DNA of 64,000 nucleotides from Pseudobdellovibrionaceae bacterium. Lineage in GTDB: Bacteria; Bdellovibrionota; Bdellovibrionia; Bdellovibrionales; UBA1609. The notes under the pieces were generated by a model. The model was not told the origin of the DNA and made no database searches. It saw only the letters and a program-made list of their open reading frames with translations. Both the position numbers and the translations under genes were made by a program. Shown one piece after another: positions 9,590 through 17,772 of this stretch (position 1 is its first letter; every line of letters starts with the position of its first letter). Location of the stretch: assembly GCA_043757545.1 (NCBI GenBank), contig JAYVPG010000069.1:78282-142281 (forward strand). The letters run 5' to 3'.

Positions 9590-9830
9590 TGTGGCGGGCG
9601 AGCTCGGGAGCGGATTGGTTTGGGGATTGAGTGGCTTGGTGCTCCCGGATTTGGCCTTCCGGGCCAAATCCCCCGCAGCCGGGGCCGCAACCTCAGCAGG
9701 CCGTCGTGGCCTGCTGCCCCGTTCACAATCCTCGCACTTGCTCGGATCGTAAACGGGTACGGTTGCTCTCTTCAAGCCCCGTAAATGGGGCTTTGTGGTG
9801 TGCGAGGATTTTTGTGCAAATTGGATTTTA
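9590..9830. ncRNA. GC-rich multi-hairpin non-coding element of unknown identity
   Basis: Stems: 9605-9611/9641-9647, 9647-9656/9662-9671, 9694-9702/9708-9716 and 9774-9780/9787-9793. Long-range pairing 9724-9737/9800-9816. ORFs here have no coding features. Confidence 0.3.
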
Positions 9831-9839
9831 TTTATTAAT

Positions 9840-9916
9840 TGGGGTGATCGACGGGGCTTGAACCCGCGACCCTGGGAATCACAATCCCATGCTCTACCAG
9901 CTGAGCTACGACCACC
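9840..9916 (-). tRNA. tRNA-His (anticodon GTG) with encoded G-1 and CCA
   Basis: Manual cloverleaf of 77 nt: G-1, acceptor GTGGTCG/CGATCAC, D stem GCTC/GAGC, anticodon stem TGGGA/TCCCA with loop TTGTGAT, T arm GCGGG-TTCAAGC-CCCGT, discriminator C, CCA. Confidence 0.93.
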
Positions 9917-9938
9917 ACATCAGATCTAGGAACTGGTA

Positions 9939-9967
9939 TTTATAGAAAACGGCTGGGGAAAGCGCAA
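9939..9967 (-). promoter_or_regulatory. sigma70-like promoter for tRNA-His
   Basis: On the minus strand: TTGCGC (9967-9962), 17-nt spacer, TATAAA (9944-9939), about 20 nt upstream of the tRNA 5' end. Confidence 0.5.
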
Positions 9968-11161
9968 TTAATAATCGCAGTCTTTGACCATTTCGCCGCT
10001 GGCGGGGCAAAAGACGCGAGCGGAGGCTGAAGGGACTTGGGTCTCTTCGGCCCACTTGCCGTTGCCATTGCAGCGTTGCCGCACGCAGCTGACGTTGGGG
10101 AGATCGACGCGGCATTTGCTCTCGCCTGCCGGATTGCCGGAGCATTTCCATGCACATTGGTTGAAAAAGCCTTTGGGCTTTAGGCAAATGGCCGATTCTT
10201 TCGACGGTTTGCTCTTATTTCGAGCCACGTCCACGCGGGAGCTTCGCTCAAGCGCCTTTAGATCTTCGTCCGAGATCTTGTAGACCGGGCTCATGGTCCC
10301 GCGCTGAATAAATTCGCTCATATCTTTATCTTTAAAGCCGGGATTGGGAAGGTCGGAGACAAAGCGCGCACCCTCACCGCGTAAAATTTCGCGCGTCTGT
10401 TTCTCATCCAGGCTCGCCAAGATCACGCGTCCACCTAAGCTCTCAACTTTAGTCTCCATGCGTTTGTCTTCGTGGTGCTCGATCACGAAATCCGTGCCAC
10501 GCACTCCGGCAACTGCTCCGCGAGTCAGAACTTTATAAGAGCTCGTCTTGCCGTTGTACTTCTGCTCCACTTGATTGCGAATCTTTCCCTTGATCAGACT
10601 AAAGAGGGCCTTGCGCGACTCTTCGACCTTCGCATTCTTGTACTCTTTCACTTCCACAGCCGTGTCTTCGTGCAAATGCATTTTATTGCCGCCGTCAAAG
10701 GACACGACCGCAGTGCTGTCTTTGCCGGACTCCATCGTGTCGGTCTCATGCACATCACCCTCTTTAGTGATCACCGTCTTCTGGCCATCGGCATGCACGA
10801 TCGACACCGAGCCTTGGATCACTTTGATTCGTCCAACGGAAGGGAGAGTCGAGATCTCGTGCAAAGACTCACTTGGCACTTTAGGCAAGCTCACGACAAT
10901 CGGCTCACGCGGTCCCGAGTTCGAGGCCGGAACCACCGGGCAATCCTTGGTTGCTTCATCAATCGGAATGCAGGTCGGTCGCCCACAACTTTTTACCTTC
11001 TCATTCTCCACCCCACACTTGGCGCTAAAAAAGGTGATTCCTTTTTCCACACTGCACGGATCACAGGCGAGTTTGGGACATTCACAAGATTCGCCAGCGA
11101 AAACCGGCGCCGCTAAAAAAAGACTCAATGAGACCGCGAATAAACCGATGACGTTCTTCAT
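9968..11161 (-). CDS. secreted FecR-domain protein with Cys-rich N- and C-terminal modules
   Basis: Signal peptide MKNVIGLFAVSLSLFLAAPVFA. Central FecR-like beta region (GSVSIVHADGQ...). Many paired Cys at both ends. ATG at 11161 overlaps the GT2 stop (ATGA). Confidence 0.7.
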   Translation of the reverse strand: MKNVIGLFAVSLSLFLAAPVFAGESCECPKLACDPCSVEKGITFFSAKCGVENEKVKSCGRPTCIPIDEATKDCPVVPASNSGPREPIVVSLPKVPSESLHEISTLPSVGRIKVIQGSVSIVHADGQKTVITKEGDVHETDTMESGKDSTAVVSFDGGNKMHLHEDTAVEVKEYKNAKVEESRKALFSLIKGKIRNQVEQKYNGKTSSYKVLTRGAVAGVRGTDFVIEHHEDKRMETKVESLGGRVILASLDEKQTREILRGEGARFVSDLPNPGFKDKDMSEFIQRGTMSPVYKISDEDLKALERSSRVDVARNKSKPSKESAICLKPKGFFNQCAWKCSGNPAGESKCRVDLPNVSCVRQRCNGNGKWAEETQVPSASARVFCPASGEMVKDCDY

Positions 11162-11901
11162 ATCTTTGTTTTCTCCCATAATTTAGCCCACTTTAAAAAA
11201 ACCGAATAAGCCGCACCCACTGCAATCACAAAACCGGGAACTCCATCTAAAAATCCACGCTTCCAGATGTAAGTTTCAAAAAATTTGACCCAGGGCTTAG
11301 TCAGCAAGTGAAACAAGCGAAAATGTCGCCCGGTTTGACTGAGCATTTCAGCACCCAGACCCGAGTAGCGATTGTTGGTCTGCACTTGATCGGTCAGATC
11401 TTTGAACACCCAATGCAAAATCGGCGCGCGAAGATCTTGAACATCGCGACCGACGACTTTCTCATGAATCGAATCCGTACTCCAATTGGCCCGCTTGCGG
11501 TCATAAAGACGCACCTGGCGATCCGGATACCAACCTCCGTGACGAATCCAGCGACCCATATGAAAACTCAAGCGTGGAAAGCGATACGCTTCGGGCTTGA
11601 GTGGACTCGCCAGCAAAGCCTGCAGTTCGACTTGAGCCGCGTCACTCAGAGCCTCGTCCGCATCCAAATTCAAAACCCAATCGGCCTGGGCCAGCTCTGT
11701 GGCTCGCCGCTTCTGTGGTCCAAAACCGCGCCATTCCTCGTTGAAAACCCGAGCGCCGAGCCCTTTGGCGATCTCGACCGTGCGATCGGTGCTGCCACTG
11801 TCGAGGACGACAATGTCCGACGCAAACGGCACAGAATTAAGGCAGCGTGCGATATGCGCTTCCGCATTAAGGGTAATTACGACTAGGGAGAGCGGTGTCA
11901 T
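11158..11901 (-). CDS. family 2 glycosyltransferase (LPS-core type)
   Basis: LSLVVITLNAE, VLDSGSTDRT and DxD-like NLDADE. Size is typical of KdtX/WaaE-like GT2 enzymes. Confidence 0.85.
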   Translation of the reverse strand: MTPLSLVVITLNAEAHIARCLNSVPFASDIVVLDSGSTDRTVEIAKGLGARVFNEEWRGFGPQKRRATELAQADWVLNLDADEALSDAAQVELQALLASPLKPEAYRFPRLSFHMGRWIRHGGWYPDRQVRLYDRKRANWSTDSIHEKVVGRDVQDLRAPILHWVFKDLTDQVQTNNRYSGLGAEMLSQTGRHFRLFHLLTKPWVKFFETYIWKRGFLDGVPGFVIAVGAAYSVFLKWAKLWEKTKI

Positions 11902-11932
11902 GCGAGGTTAAGGATTGAAGAACTGGAGTTTC

Positions 11933-11961
11933 TTGTCAAACGCTTTCCCCTCCTCTATTAT
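11933..11961 (+). promoter_or_regulatory. sigma70-like promoter
   Basis: TTGTCA (11933-11938), 17-nt spacer, TATTAT (11956-11961), 29 nt upstream of the ATG at 11990. Confidence 0.5.
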
Positions 11962-11989
11962 TTGCTGATTGATTAAAGGGGAGTGCACC

Positions 11990-12634
11990 ATGAATTCGAT
12001 ATTCCGCGTTTTGAGCAAATCCGTTTTTATTCTGGGTTTTTTAAGCTCACCCTGCTGGGCCTACTATGAGGTTCTCGACAACGCTGAGATTCTGAGCCGT
12101 GGAGCCTATAAACTCACTGGCGCAACCCAAGCGCTGACCGAATCCGGAGGCTTAAACGCCACTGGAATTTTCGACGCAGGCTTCACCGAAGACTTCGGCG
12201 CACGCGCGCTCGCAGGCTTTGGCAAAACTGATTTTTACTTCGGCGCAATGGCCAAATGGATTCCGATCCCCGACGTTGAAAACCAGCCGGCCGTCGGTTT
12301 CAACGGTGGGTTGATTTACGCCAAGTGGCTGGACGGCCACGATCTCACTTTTCGCGTAGAGCCCTTGGTGAGCAAGAAATTTAATATTGATTCGAGCACG
12401 GTGACTCCTTACGCCTCGCTGCCCATCGGCATCCGCATGCGCAACTCCAAATACAAAGACGACACCACCGAAATGACCTGGCAGCTCGTCTTAGGCTCCC
12501 AGCTGCAACTCGAACGCTGGAAGAACCTGCAATTCATCGGCGAGGTCGGCCTAGATCTCGACAACTCGTTGGCCCACGTCGAAGTCGGCGCGATCTTTTA
12601 TTTCGATGACAAAAACGGCTTCGAAATAAAATAA
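11990..12634 (+). CDS. putative small outer-membrane beta-barrel protein
   Basis: Signal peptide ending CWA. Alternating hydrophobic pattern with aromatic-rich strands. GGGGAG lies before the ATG at 11990. Confidence 0.5.
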   Translation: MNSIFRVLSKSVFILGFLSSPCWAYYEVLDNAEILSRGAYKLTGATQALTESGGLNATGIFDAGFTEDFGARALAGFGKTDFYFGAMAKWIPIPDVENQPAVGFNGGLIYAKWLDGHDLTFRVEPLVSKKFNIDSSTVTPYASLPIGIRMRNSKYKDDTTEMTWQLVLGSQLQLERWKNLQFIGEVGLDLDNSLAHVEVGAIFYFDDKNGFEIK

Positions 12635-12664
12635 AAAAACCTCGAATTTCTCCGAGGTTTTTTA
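12633..12664. terminator. bidirectional intrinsic terminator
   Basis: A-run, stem AACCTCG (12638-12644)/CGAGGTT (12653-12659), T-run. Lies between the convergent OMP gene and dnaK. Confidence 0.75.
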
Positions 12665-12688
12665 AATGATGAATATTCAAGTCTTCGC

Positions 12689-14611
12689 TTAATTCACGTC
12701 TTTGAAATCGGCGTCGATGACGTCTTCGCCTTCTGCGGTTTTGCCGCCTTCGGTCTTGCCGGCACCTTCTGCGCCACCAGCACCTGCCGCGCCCGCATCA
12801 CCCGTCGCTTTGTTCGCCTCATAGAGTTTCGAACTCACGCTATGACTAGCCGCCGTCAATGCATCCAGAGCCGTTTTGAATTCTTCCGCAGTGGCCGCAG
12901 CTTTTGCCAAAACCACTTTTGCAGAATCCACCGACGTTTGCAGAGACTTCGTGTCGTCGTCACTCAATTTGGCTTTGTTATCGCGTATCAGTTTTTCAGT
13001 CTGATAGACCATATTGTCCAAATTGTTCTTATGCGTGATCGACTCACGACGCTTCTTATCGTCTTCCGCATGCAACTCAGCATCTTTCACCATGCGCTTG
13101 ATCTCGTCTTCGCTCAAACCAGATTTCGCGGTGATCTTGATCTGTTGCTCTTTGCCTGAGCCCAAATCTTTTGCCGTCACATGCAAAATACCATTCGCAT
13201 CGATATCAAAGGTCACTTCAATCTGCGGAATTCCGCGCGGTGCGGGCGGAATGCCCATCAGCTCGAAGCGGCCGAGTGACTTATTGTCGCTCCCCATTTC
13301 GCGCTCACCTTGCATCACGTGAATATCCACACTGCTCTGGCTATCCGCCGCGGTCGAGAAAATCTGCGACTTACGCGAAGGAATCGTGGTGTTGCGTTCG
13401 ATGAGTTTCGTCATCACGCCACCCAATGTTTCGATACCGAGCGACAAGGGAGTCACGTCGAGCAGCAAGACATCTTTGACTTCGCCACCCAAAACACCAC
13501 CCTGAATCGCCGCACCAACTGCCACGACCTCATCCGGGTTCACTGAGCGATTGGGCTCTTTGCCGAAGAAATCTTTGACCGCTTTTTGAATCATCGGAAT
13601 ACGTGTCGATCCGCCAACCAAAACCACTTCGTGAATATCCGAAGTCTTAAGGCCAGCATCAGCCAAACATTTTTTGCAGGGCTCGATCGAACGCTGTACC
13701 AAATCGTCAATCAGCTGTTCGAATTTCGCGCGAGTCAACTTCATCGCCAAATGCTTCGGACCCGACTGATCGGCCGTGACGAACGGCAGATTGATTTCGG
13801 TCTCAACACTCGAGCTCAACTCGATCTTTGCCTTCTCAGCCGCTTCTTTTAAGCGCTGAAGAGCCATCTTGTCGTTCTTAAGGTCGATACCCTGATCTTT
13901 TTTAAATTCGTCGATCATCCAGATCAAAATGCGTTCATCGAAGTTGTCACCACCAAGATGAGTATCACCGTTGGTCGCTTTGACCTCGACGACATTGTCA
14001 CCGACTTCGAGAACCGAGATATCAAATGTACCTCCCCCAAAGTCATAAATAACGATCTTCTGATCACCTTTTTTATCCAGACCGTAAGCCAGAGCGGCAG
14101 CGGTCGGCTCGTTGATGATACGTTTGACTTCTAGACCCGCAATGCGGCCAGCGTCTTTAGTAGCTTGGCGTTGAGCATCGTTGAAGTAAGCCGGAACCGT
14201 AATGACAGCTTCGGTGACTTCTGTGCCCAAATAATCTTCGGCTACCTTTTTGAGTTTACCTAAAATAAGCGCTGAAACTTCTTCAGGCGAAACGTTTTTG
14301 CCACGCACTTCAAAGCCCGTGTCATTGCCCTTTTGCACCACTTTGTAAGGTACGAATTGCAATTCACTTTTCACTTCGTCTAAACGGCGTCCAATAAAAC
14401 GTTTAGCGGAATAAATCGTATTTTCCGGATTGGTCACGGCTTGGCGTTTAGCGATCTGACCGACCAGCTTTTCGCCGTCCTTGGTGAATGCGACAACCGA
14501 CGGAGTTGTACGAGCGCCTTCTTCGTTTACCAAAACTTTGGCAACACCGGCCTCCATCACTGCAACCACCGAGTTGGTTGTTCCTAAGTCGATTCCGATA
14601 ATTTTACCCAT
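12689..14611 (-). CDS. dnaK: molecular chaperone DnaK (Hsp70)
   Basis: [17 protein letters not shown] and [10 protein letters not shown]. 640 aa. G/A-rich C-terminal tail. Confidence 0.98.
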   Translation of the reverse strand: MGKIIGIDLGTTNSVVAVMEAGVAKVLVNEEGARTTPSVVAFTKDGEKLVGQIAKRQAVTNPENTIYSAKRFIGRRLDEVKSELQFVPYKVVQKGNDTGFEVRGKNVSPEEVSALILGKLKKVAEDYLGTEVTEAVITVPAYFNDAQRQATKDAGRIAGLEVKRIINEPTAAALAYGLDKKGDQKIVIYDFGGGTFDISVLEVGDNVVEVKATNGDTHLGGDNFDERILIWMIDEFKKDQGIDLKNDKMALQRLKEAAEKAKIELSSSVETEINLPFVTADQSGPKHLAMKLTRAKFEQLIDDLVQRSIEPCKKCLADAGLKTSDIHEVVLVGGSTRIPMIQKAVKDFFGKEPNRSVNPDEVVAVGAAIQGGVLGGEVKDVLLLDVTPLSLGIETLGGVMTKLIERNTTIPSRKSQIFSTAADSQSSVDIHVMQGEREMGSDNKSLGRFELMGIPPAPRGIPQIEVTFDIDANGILHVTAKDLGSGKEQQIKITAKSGLSEDEIKRMVKDAELHAEDDKKRRESITHKNNLDNMVYQTEKLIRDNKAKLSDDDTKSLQTSVDSAKVVLAKAAATAEEFKTALDALTAASHSVSSKLYEANKATGDAGAAGAGGAEGAGKTEGGKTAEGEDVIDADFKDVN

Positions 14612-14714
14612 GTTGTCTCCTTTATGTCCTCACGCTTAAATGTGTGCAGGAACCGCCACCCGTCAAGGTCTCGGCTCCTAATATAAGTGATGATTCTCAT
14701 TTTGACACAATGGG

Positions 14715-15830
14715 TTAAAAGCCGAAGAACCCGGCTTTGTCTTTTCCAGAGGCTTTGCTCTCGGCAATTTGTCTGAGCAGCTTCTCTTCGTCCTTGGAGA
14801 GCTTCTTAGGCATCAATATTTTAAGCACATAAATCAGGTCACCCACGCGCGAGCCACGCAAGGACGGCAAACCCTCGCCATGCATTTTCAGCTGTTGGCC
14901 AAACTGGCAGCTTTTAGGAATGGTGAGCGTCTTTTTACCGCGCAGAGCTTCGATCTCGACTTCACCACCGAGCAGCGCCTGTAAATAACTAATCTCGAGC
15001 TCGCAATAAAGGTCCTCACCGTCCCGTTCATAGCGACGATCATGTTGCACACGAAGTTCGACGTAGAGATCGCCGGCGGGGCCGCCGCGCACTCCAGATT
15101 CACCTTCACCGGTCAGTCGCAGCTGGGTGCCGTTGTCGACCCCTGGTGGAACTTTAACCAGGAGCTTGCGATCGACGCTGATACGTCCACGCCCCTTACA
15201 GGATTTGCACGGACTTTTGATGACCGAACCCTGACCACGACATTGCGGACAGGTGGTGGCCATCGAGAAAAATCCTTGCGAACGCACGACCTGGCCACGC
15301 CCACCGCAAGTTGCACAAGTCTCGACCGCAGAGCCTTTTTCGGCGCCACTACCCTCGCAAGTTTTGCAATTGTCTTCGCAGGTGAATTCGATGGGCTTTT
15401 CAATTCCAGTCACGACGTCTTTGAGCTCGATTTCCATCACGTAGCGGAGATCCGCTCCACGCGCGGCTCTGGCGCCGCCGCCCGCGCCGCGCTGACGAGT
15501 CCCACCGCCCTGACCCTGGCCAAAGAAGTCGCCGAAAATATCCCCAAAGGTTTCAAAAATATCGCCCACATCTTGAAAGTGGGGGCCGCCTCTTCCGCCG
15601 CTCGCTCCGTCAACGCCTTGGTGACCGAAACGATCGTAGCGAGCGCGTTGGTCTTTGTTACTTAGGACTTCGTAGGCACGCGCGGCCTCTTTGAATTTAT
15701 CTTCGGATTCTTTGTCATCGGGATTTTTATCCGGATGATATTGCATGGCCATCTTGCGGTACGCCTTTTTAATGGTGTCCGCATCAGCTTCCTTAGTTAC
15801 GCCTAAAATTTCATAATAATCGCGCTTCAT
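14715..15830 (-). CDS. dnaJ: molecular chaperone DnaJ
   Basis: J-domain DYYEILGV...HPDKNP, G/F-rich linker, and four CxxCxGxG zinc motifs. Start taken at MKRDYY. Confidence 0.95.
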   Translation of the reverse strand: MKRDYYEILGVTKEADADTIKKAYRKMAMQYHPDKNPDDKESEDKFKEAARAYEVLSNKDQRARYDRFGHQGVDGASGGRGGPHFQDVGDIFETFGDIFGDFFGQGQGGGTRQRGAGGGARAARGADLRYVMEIELKDVVTGIEKPIEFTCEDNCKTCEGSGAEKGSAVETCATCGGRGQVVRSQGFFSMATTCPQCRGQGSVIKSPCKSCKGRGRISVDRKLLVKVPPGVDNGTQLRLTGEGESGVRGGPAGDLYVELRVQHDRRYERDGEDLYCELEISYLQALLGGEVEIEALRGKKTLTIPKSCQFGQQLKMHGEGLPSLRGSRVGDLIYVLKILMPKKLSKDEEKLLRQIAESKASGKDKAGFFGF

Positions 15831-15872
15831 TGAACTACCAGAAGTATGAGGCAAATGCCGATTCCGTCAAGG

Positions 15873-16592
15873 TTATTGGTTCGCTTGTTTGAGTTTACGA
15901 ATGCGCTCGTCGACGTTGGCGATTTCGCGCTCCTCTTTTAGGTTCGAGCGGTAACGCTCTAAAGTCTTTATTCCCATCTCCATTTGGCCCGCTTTGGAAT
16001 ACAGCCGGGCCGCAAACAAGGGCAGCCAAGAAGGCCCACCGGATTTGTAGGCCCGCTCTAAAAGACTGGCCGCCGCAGGCATATCGTGACGATCGAAAAG
16101 ATAGTGGTAAGAGGCTTGATACAAAATATCCCAATCGTTGGGGAAGTTTTTTACGCCTCGATCAAATATGACTTTCGCGCCCTCGTAGTCATCGACCAGT
16201 ACCGATAGGGTGATCGCGCCATTGGCATATGGCATGCGAAATCTGGGTGACAGTTTGGTCACCGTATCCAACATTTTGAAGGACCATGAAAAATCACAAA
16301 ACTTATGTCTTGGATTTACAAAATCGCCAGCCTGCGGCGGTTGAATTGGGGTGGCGGGGGCGACGCCCGCATAAGTTTGGCAAGTGTCATTGTCTTGGAT
16401 CCAGCGTAGCCAAAATGAATCCGCCATTGAATCGGCAAAGCCAAAGTGAAAGTATTCAATATATTCCGGAGGTGGGCTTAAAAAGCGTTGTGACTCGTTG
16501 GCCGGGTCGAGGCCGTTGGAAGGAAGAAGCTGGATCACTGCGAAAGCAGCCAGCAGCACCGCGAAACACCACCATGACAATCGATTTTCCAT
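15873..16592 (-). CDS. membrane-anchored TPR-like protein
   Basis: N-terminal TM (WWCFAVLLAAFAVI). C-terminal helical repeats resembling TPR. Ends 18 nt upstream of dnaJ. Confidence 0.55.
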   Translation of the reverse strand: MENRLSWWCFAVLLAAFAVIQLLPSNGLDPANESQRFLSPPPEYIEYFHFGFADSMADSFWLRWIQDNDTCQTYAGVAPATPIQPPQAGDFVNPRHKFCDFSWSFKMLDTVTKLSPRFRMPYANGAITLSVLVDDYEGAKVIFDRGVKNFPNDWDILYQASYHYLFDRHDMPAAASLLERAYKSGGPSWLPLFAARLYSKAGQMEMGIKTLERYRSNLKEEREIANVDERIRKLKQANQ

Positions 16593-16636
16593 TGGAACTT
16601 AATTTAGACTGGATCTCAGCAGAACGAAATCTACAA

Positions 16637-16661
16637 ATAAAAAAGGGACGCAAAGCGTCCC
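16637..16661 (-). terminator. intrinsic terminator downstream of pilA
   Basis: Minus strand GGGACGC-TTT-GCGTCCC followed by TTTTTTATTT. Confidence 0.75.
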
Positions 16662-16693
16662 TCTTCAAGTATTAGCCAACGAACAAAATCGTA

Positions 16694-17257
16694 CTACGGC
16701 AAACCACTTTGACTGTTCACGAGCACTTTGTTCTGAGTCATCGTCCAAGCATCGACGATACCCCCAGGTACCAATGTTCCACCCGTAGCTGCCGTATAAG
16801 TGGTGGCAGCCATTGCGCCTGCGCCAAATACAGCCGCTGCACCAGCGACCGTGGCCGAACCCAGCTGCTCAAAGCAGCCTGAAGCCGCGATGCTAGTGCA
16901 AACACCATTTGCAGTCGCAGTATCGATGCGCGCAGCCACATAAGGGGGACCTGCATAGCCAGACATCAATGAGCCGTTAAATGCCGCACTCGTGGTCGCT
17001 ATACGATAGTGAAGGTTACCTTGGGGACGATATCCAACCTGGAGCATATCCGAGGTATAAGATTGCCACTCGCCATAGTAGCCCGCTTCCGAAGAATAAA
17101 CCATCGACAGGTTTGACTTCGCTTCCGATTGTTTTGATTTCGCAGAAAATCGTTGGAAGTTCGGAACTGCGATCGCTGCCAAAATACCGATAATGGCCAC
17201 AACGACCATCAACTCGACGAGCGAGAAGCCTTTTTCATTACGTAGAGAAACGTTCAT
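16694..17257 (-). CDS. pilA: type IVa pilin
   Basis: Class III signal MNVSLRNEKG|FSLVELMVVVAIIGILAAIAVPNF with Glu+5. C-terminal Cys pair CTSIAASGC. GGGGG RBS before the ATG at 17257. Confidence 0.9.
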   Translation of the reverse strand: MNVSLRNEKGFSLVELMVVVAIIGILAAIAVPNFQRFSAKSKQSEAKSNLSMVYSSEAGYYGEWQSYTSDMLQVGYRPQGNLHYRIATTSAAFNGSLMSGYAGPPYVAARIDTATANGVCTSIAASGCFEQLGSATVAGAAAVFGAGAMAATTYTAATGGTLVPGGIVDAWTMTQNKVLVNSQSGLP

Positions 17258-17420
17258 TAAATACCCCCGTTTATTGTTCAATTGACTCTTACTATCTTGC
17301 CCCAGCCTATCGGAAATGCAAACACCCGCCTCTAGTATTAGCGAATTATGACCAAAGTTGAGGCACGACCGTCTCTTTTTGAAACTTGGACGCCGAGCTT
17401 CAGCAGGGTATAAGAGAGCT

Positions 17421-17756
17421 ATGAGTGGCGATAACCCTTGGGGCGATGACGATTCAGGCGATACGGACGGGCTCGTCATTACCAAATATAAACCAAAAAC
17501 GGATAAACCTCCGCTCTACAAGGTCCTTCTTTTGAACGATGATTTTACGCCCATGGACTTTGTGATTTCGATCCTAAAGAAATTCTTTTTGAAATCCGAC
17601 CCTGAGGCCACCCGCATCATGATGCAAGTTCACGCAGAGGGAGCCGGTTTGGCTGGAATTTATACGTTTGAATTGGCTGAGACTAAGGTCTATTCGGTGA
17701 ATGAGTTTTCCCGAAGACATAAGCACCCACTTAAGTGTATTATGGAGAAAGATTAA
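17421..17756 (+). CDS. clpS: ATP-dependent Clp protease adaptor ClpS
   Basis: YKVLLLNDDFTPMDFVISIL, ATRIMMQVHAEG and HPLKC. Immediately upstream of clpA. Confidence 0.9.
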   Translation: MSGDNPWGDDDSGDTDGLVITKYKPKTDKPPLYKVLLLNDDFTPMDFVISILKKFFLKSDPEATRIMMQVHAEGAGLAGIYTFELAETKVYSVNEFSRRHKHPLKCIMEKD

Positions 17757-17772
17757 GAAGGGAGGATCACCC

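Noticed and set aside
9590-9830. Identification of the structured element as tmRNA, 6S, RNase P or SRP RNA
   Set aside because: I found none of the expected features: a tRNA-like 3' end or tag ORF (tmRNA), the GAGGAAAGTCC motif (RNase P), the SRP domain IV motif, or a single long interrupted helix (6S). Its identity is left open.
9533-9861. ORFs 9533-9775 (minus) and 9631-9861 (plus) in the hairpin-rich element, the latter running into the tRNA
   Set aside because: The products are P/A/G/R-rich low-complexity, there is no RBS, and they overlap tRNA-His and the stem-loops. I interpret the region as non-coding.
8462-9916. Classical integrase-mediated genomic island at tRNA-His
   Set aside because: There is no integrase or recombinase gene. 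I could find no direct repeat of the tRNA 3' end at the far boundary. The cassette is separated from the tRNA by about 250 nt of GC-rich DNA. Only compositional evidence for acquisition remains.
10344-15665. Long plus-strand ORFs antisense to the FecR-like gene, GT2, dnaK and dnaJ (e.g. 10472-11116, 10575-11186, 11308-11886, 12842-13852, 15042-15665)
   Set aside because: Each lies fully inside a motif-supported gene on the opposite strand and has no start signals. These are typical shadow ORFs of moderately GC-rich coding DNA.
17315-17332. Sigma54 promoter upstream of pilA (minus strand GGCGGGTGTTTGCA)
   Set aside because: The GG-to-GC spacing is one nucleotide shorter than the TGGCAC-N5-TTGCA consensus and the -24 element is poor. 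It is not reportable without TSS data.
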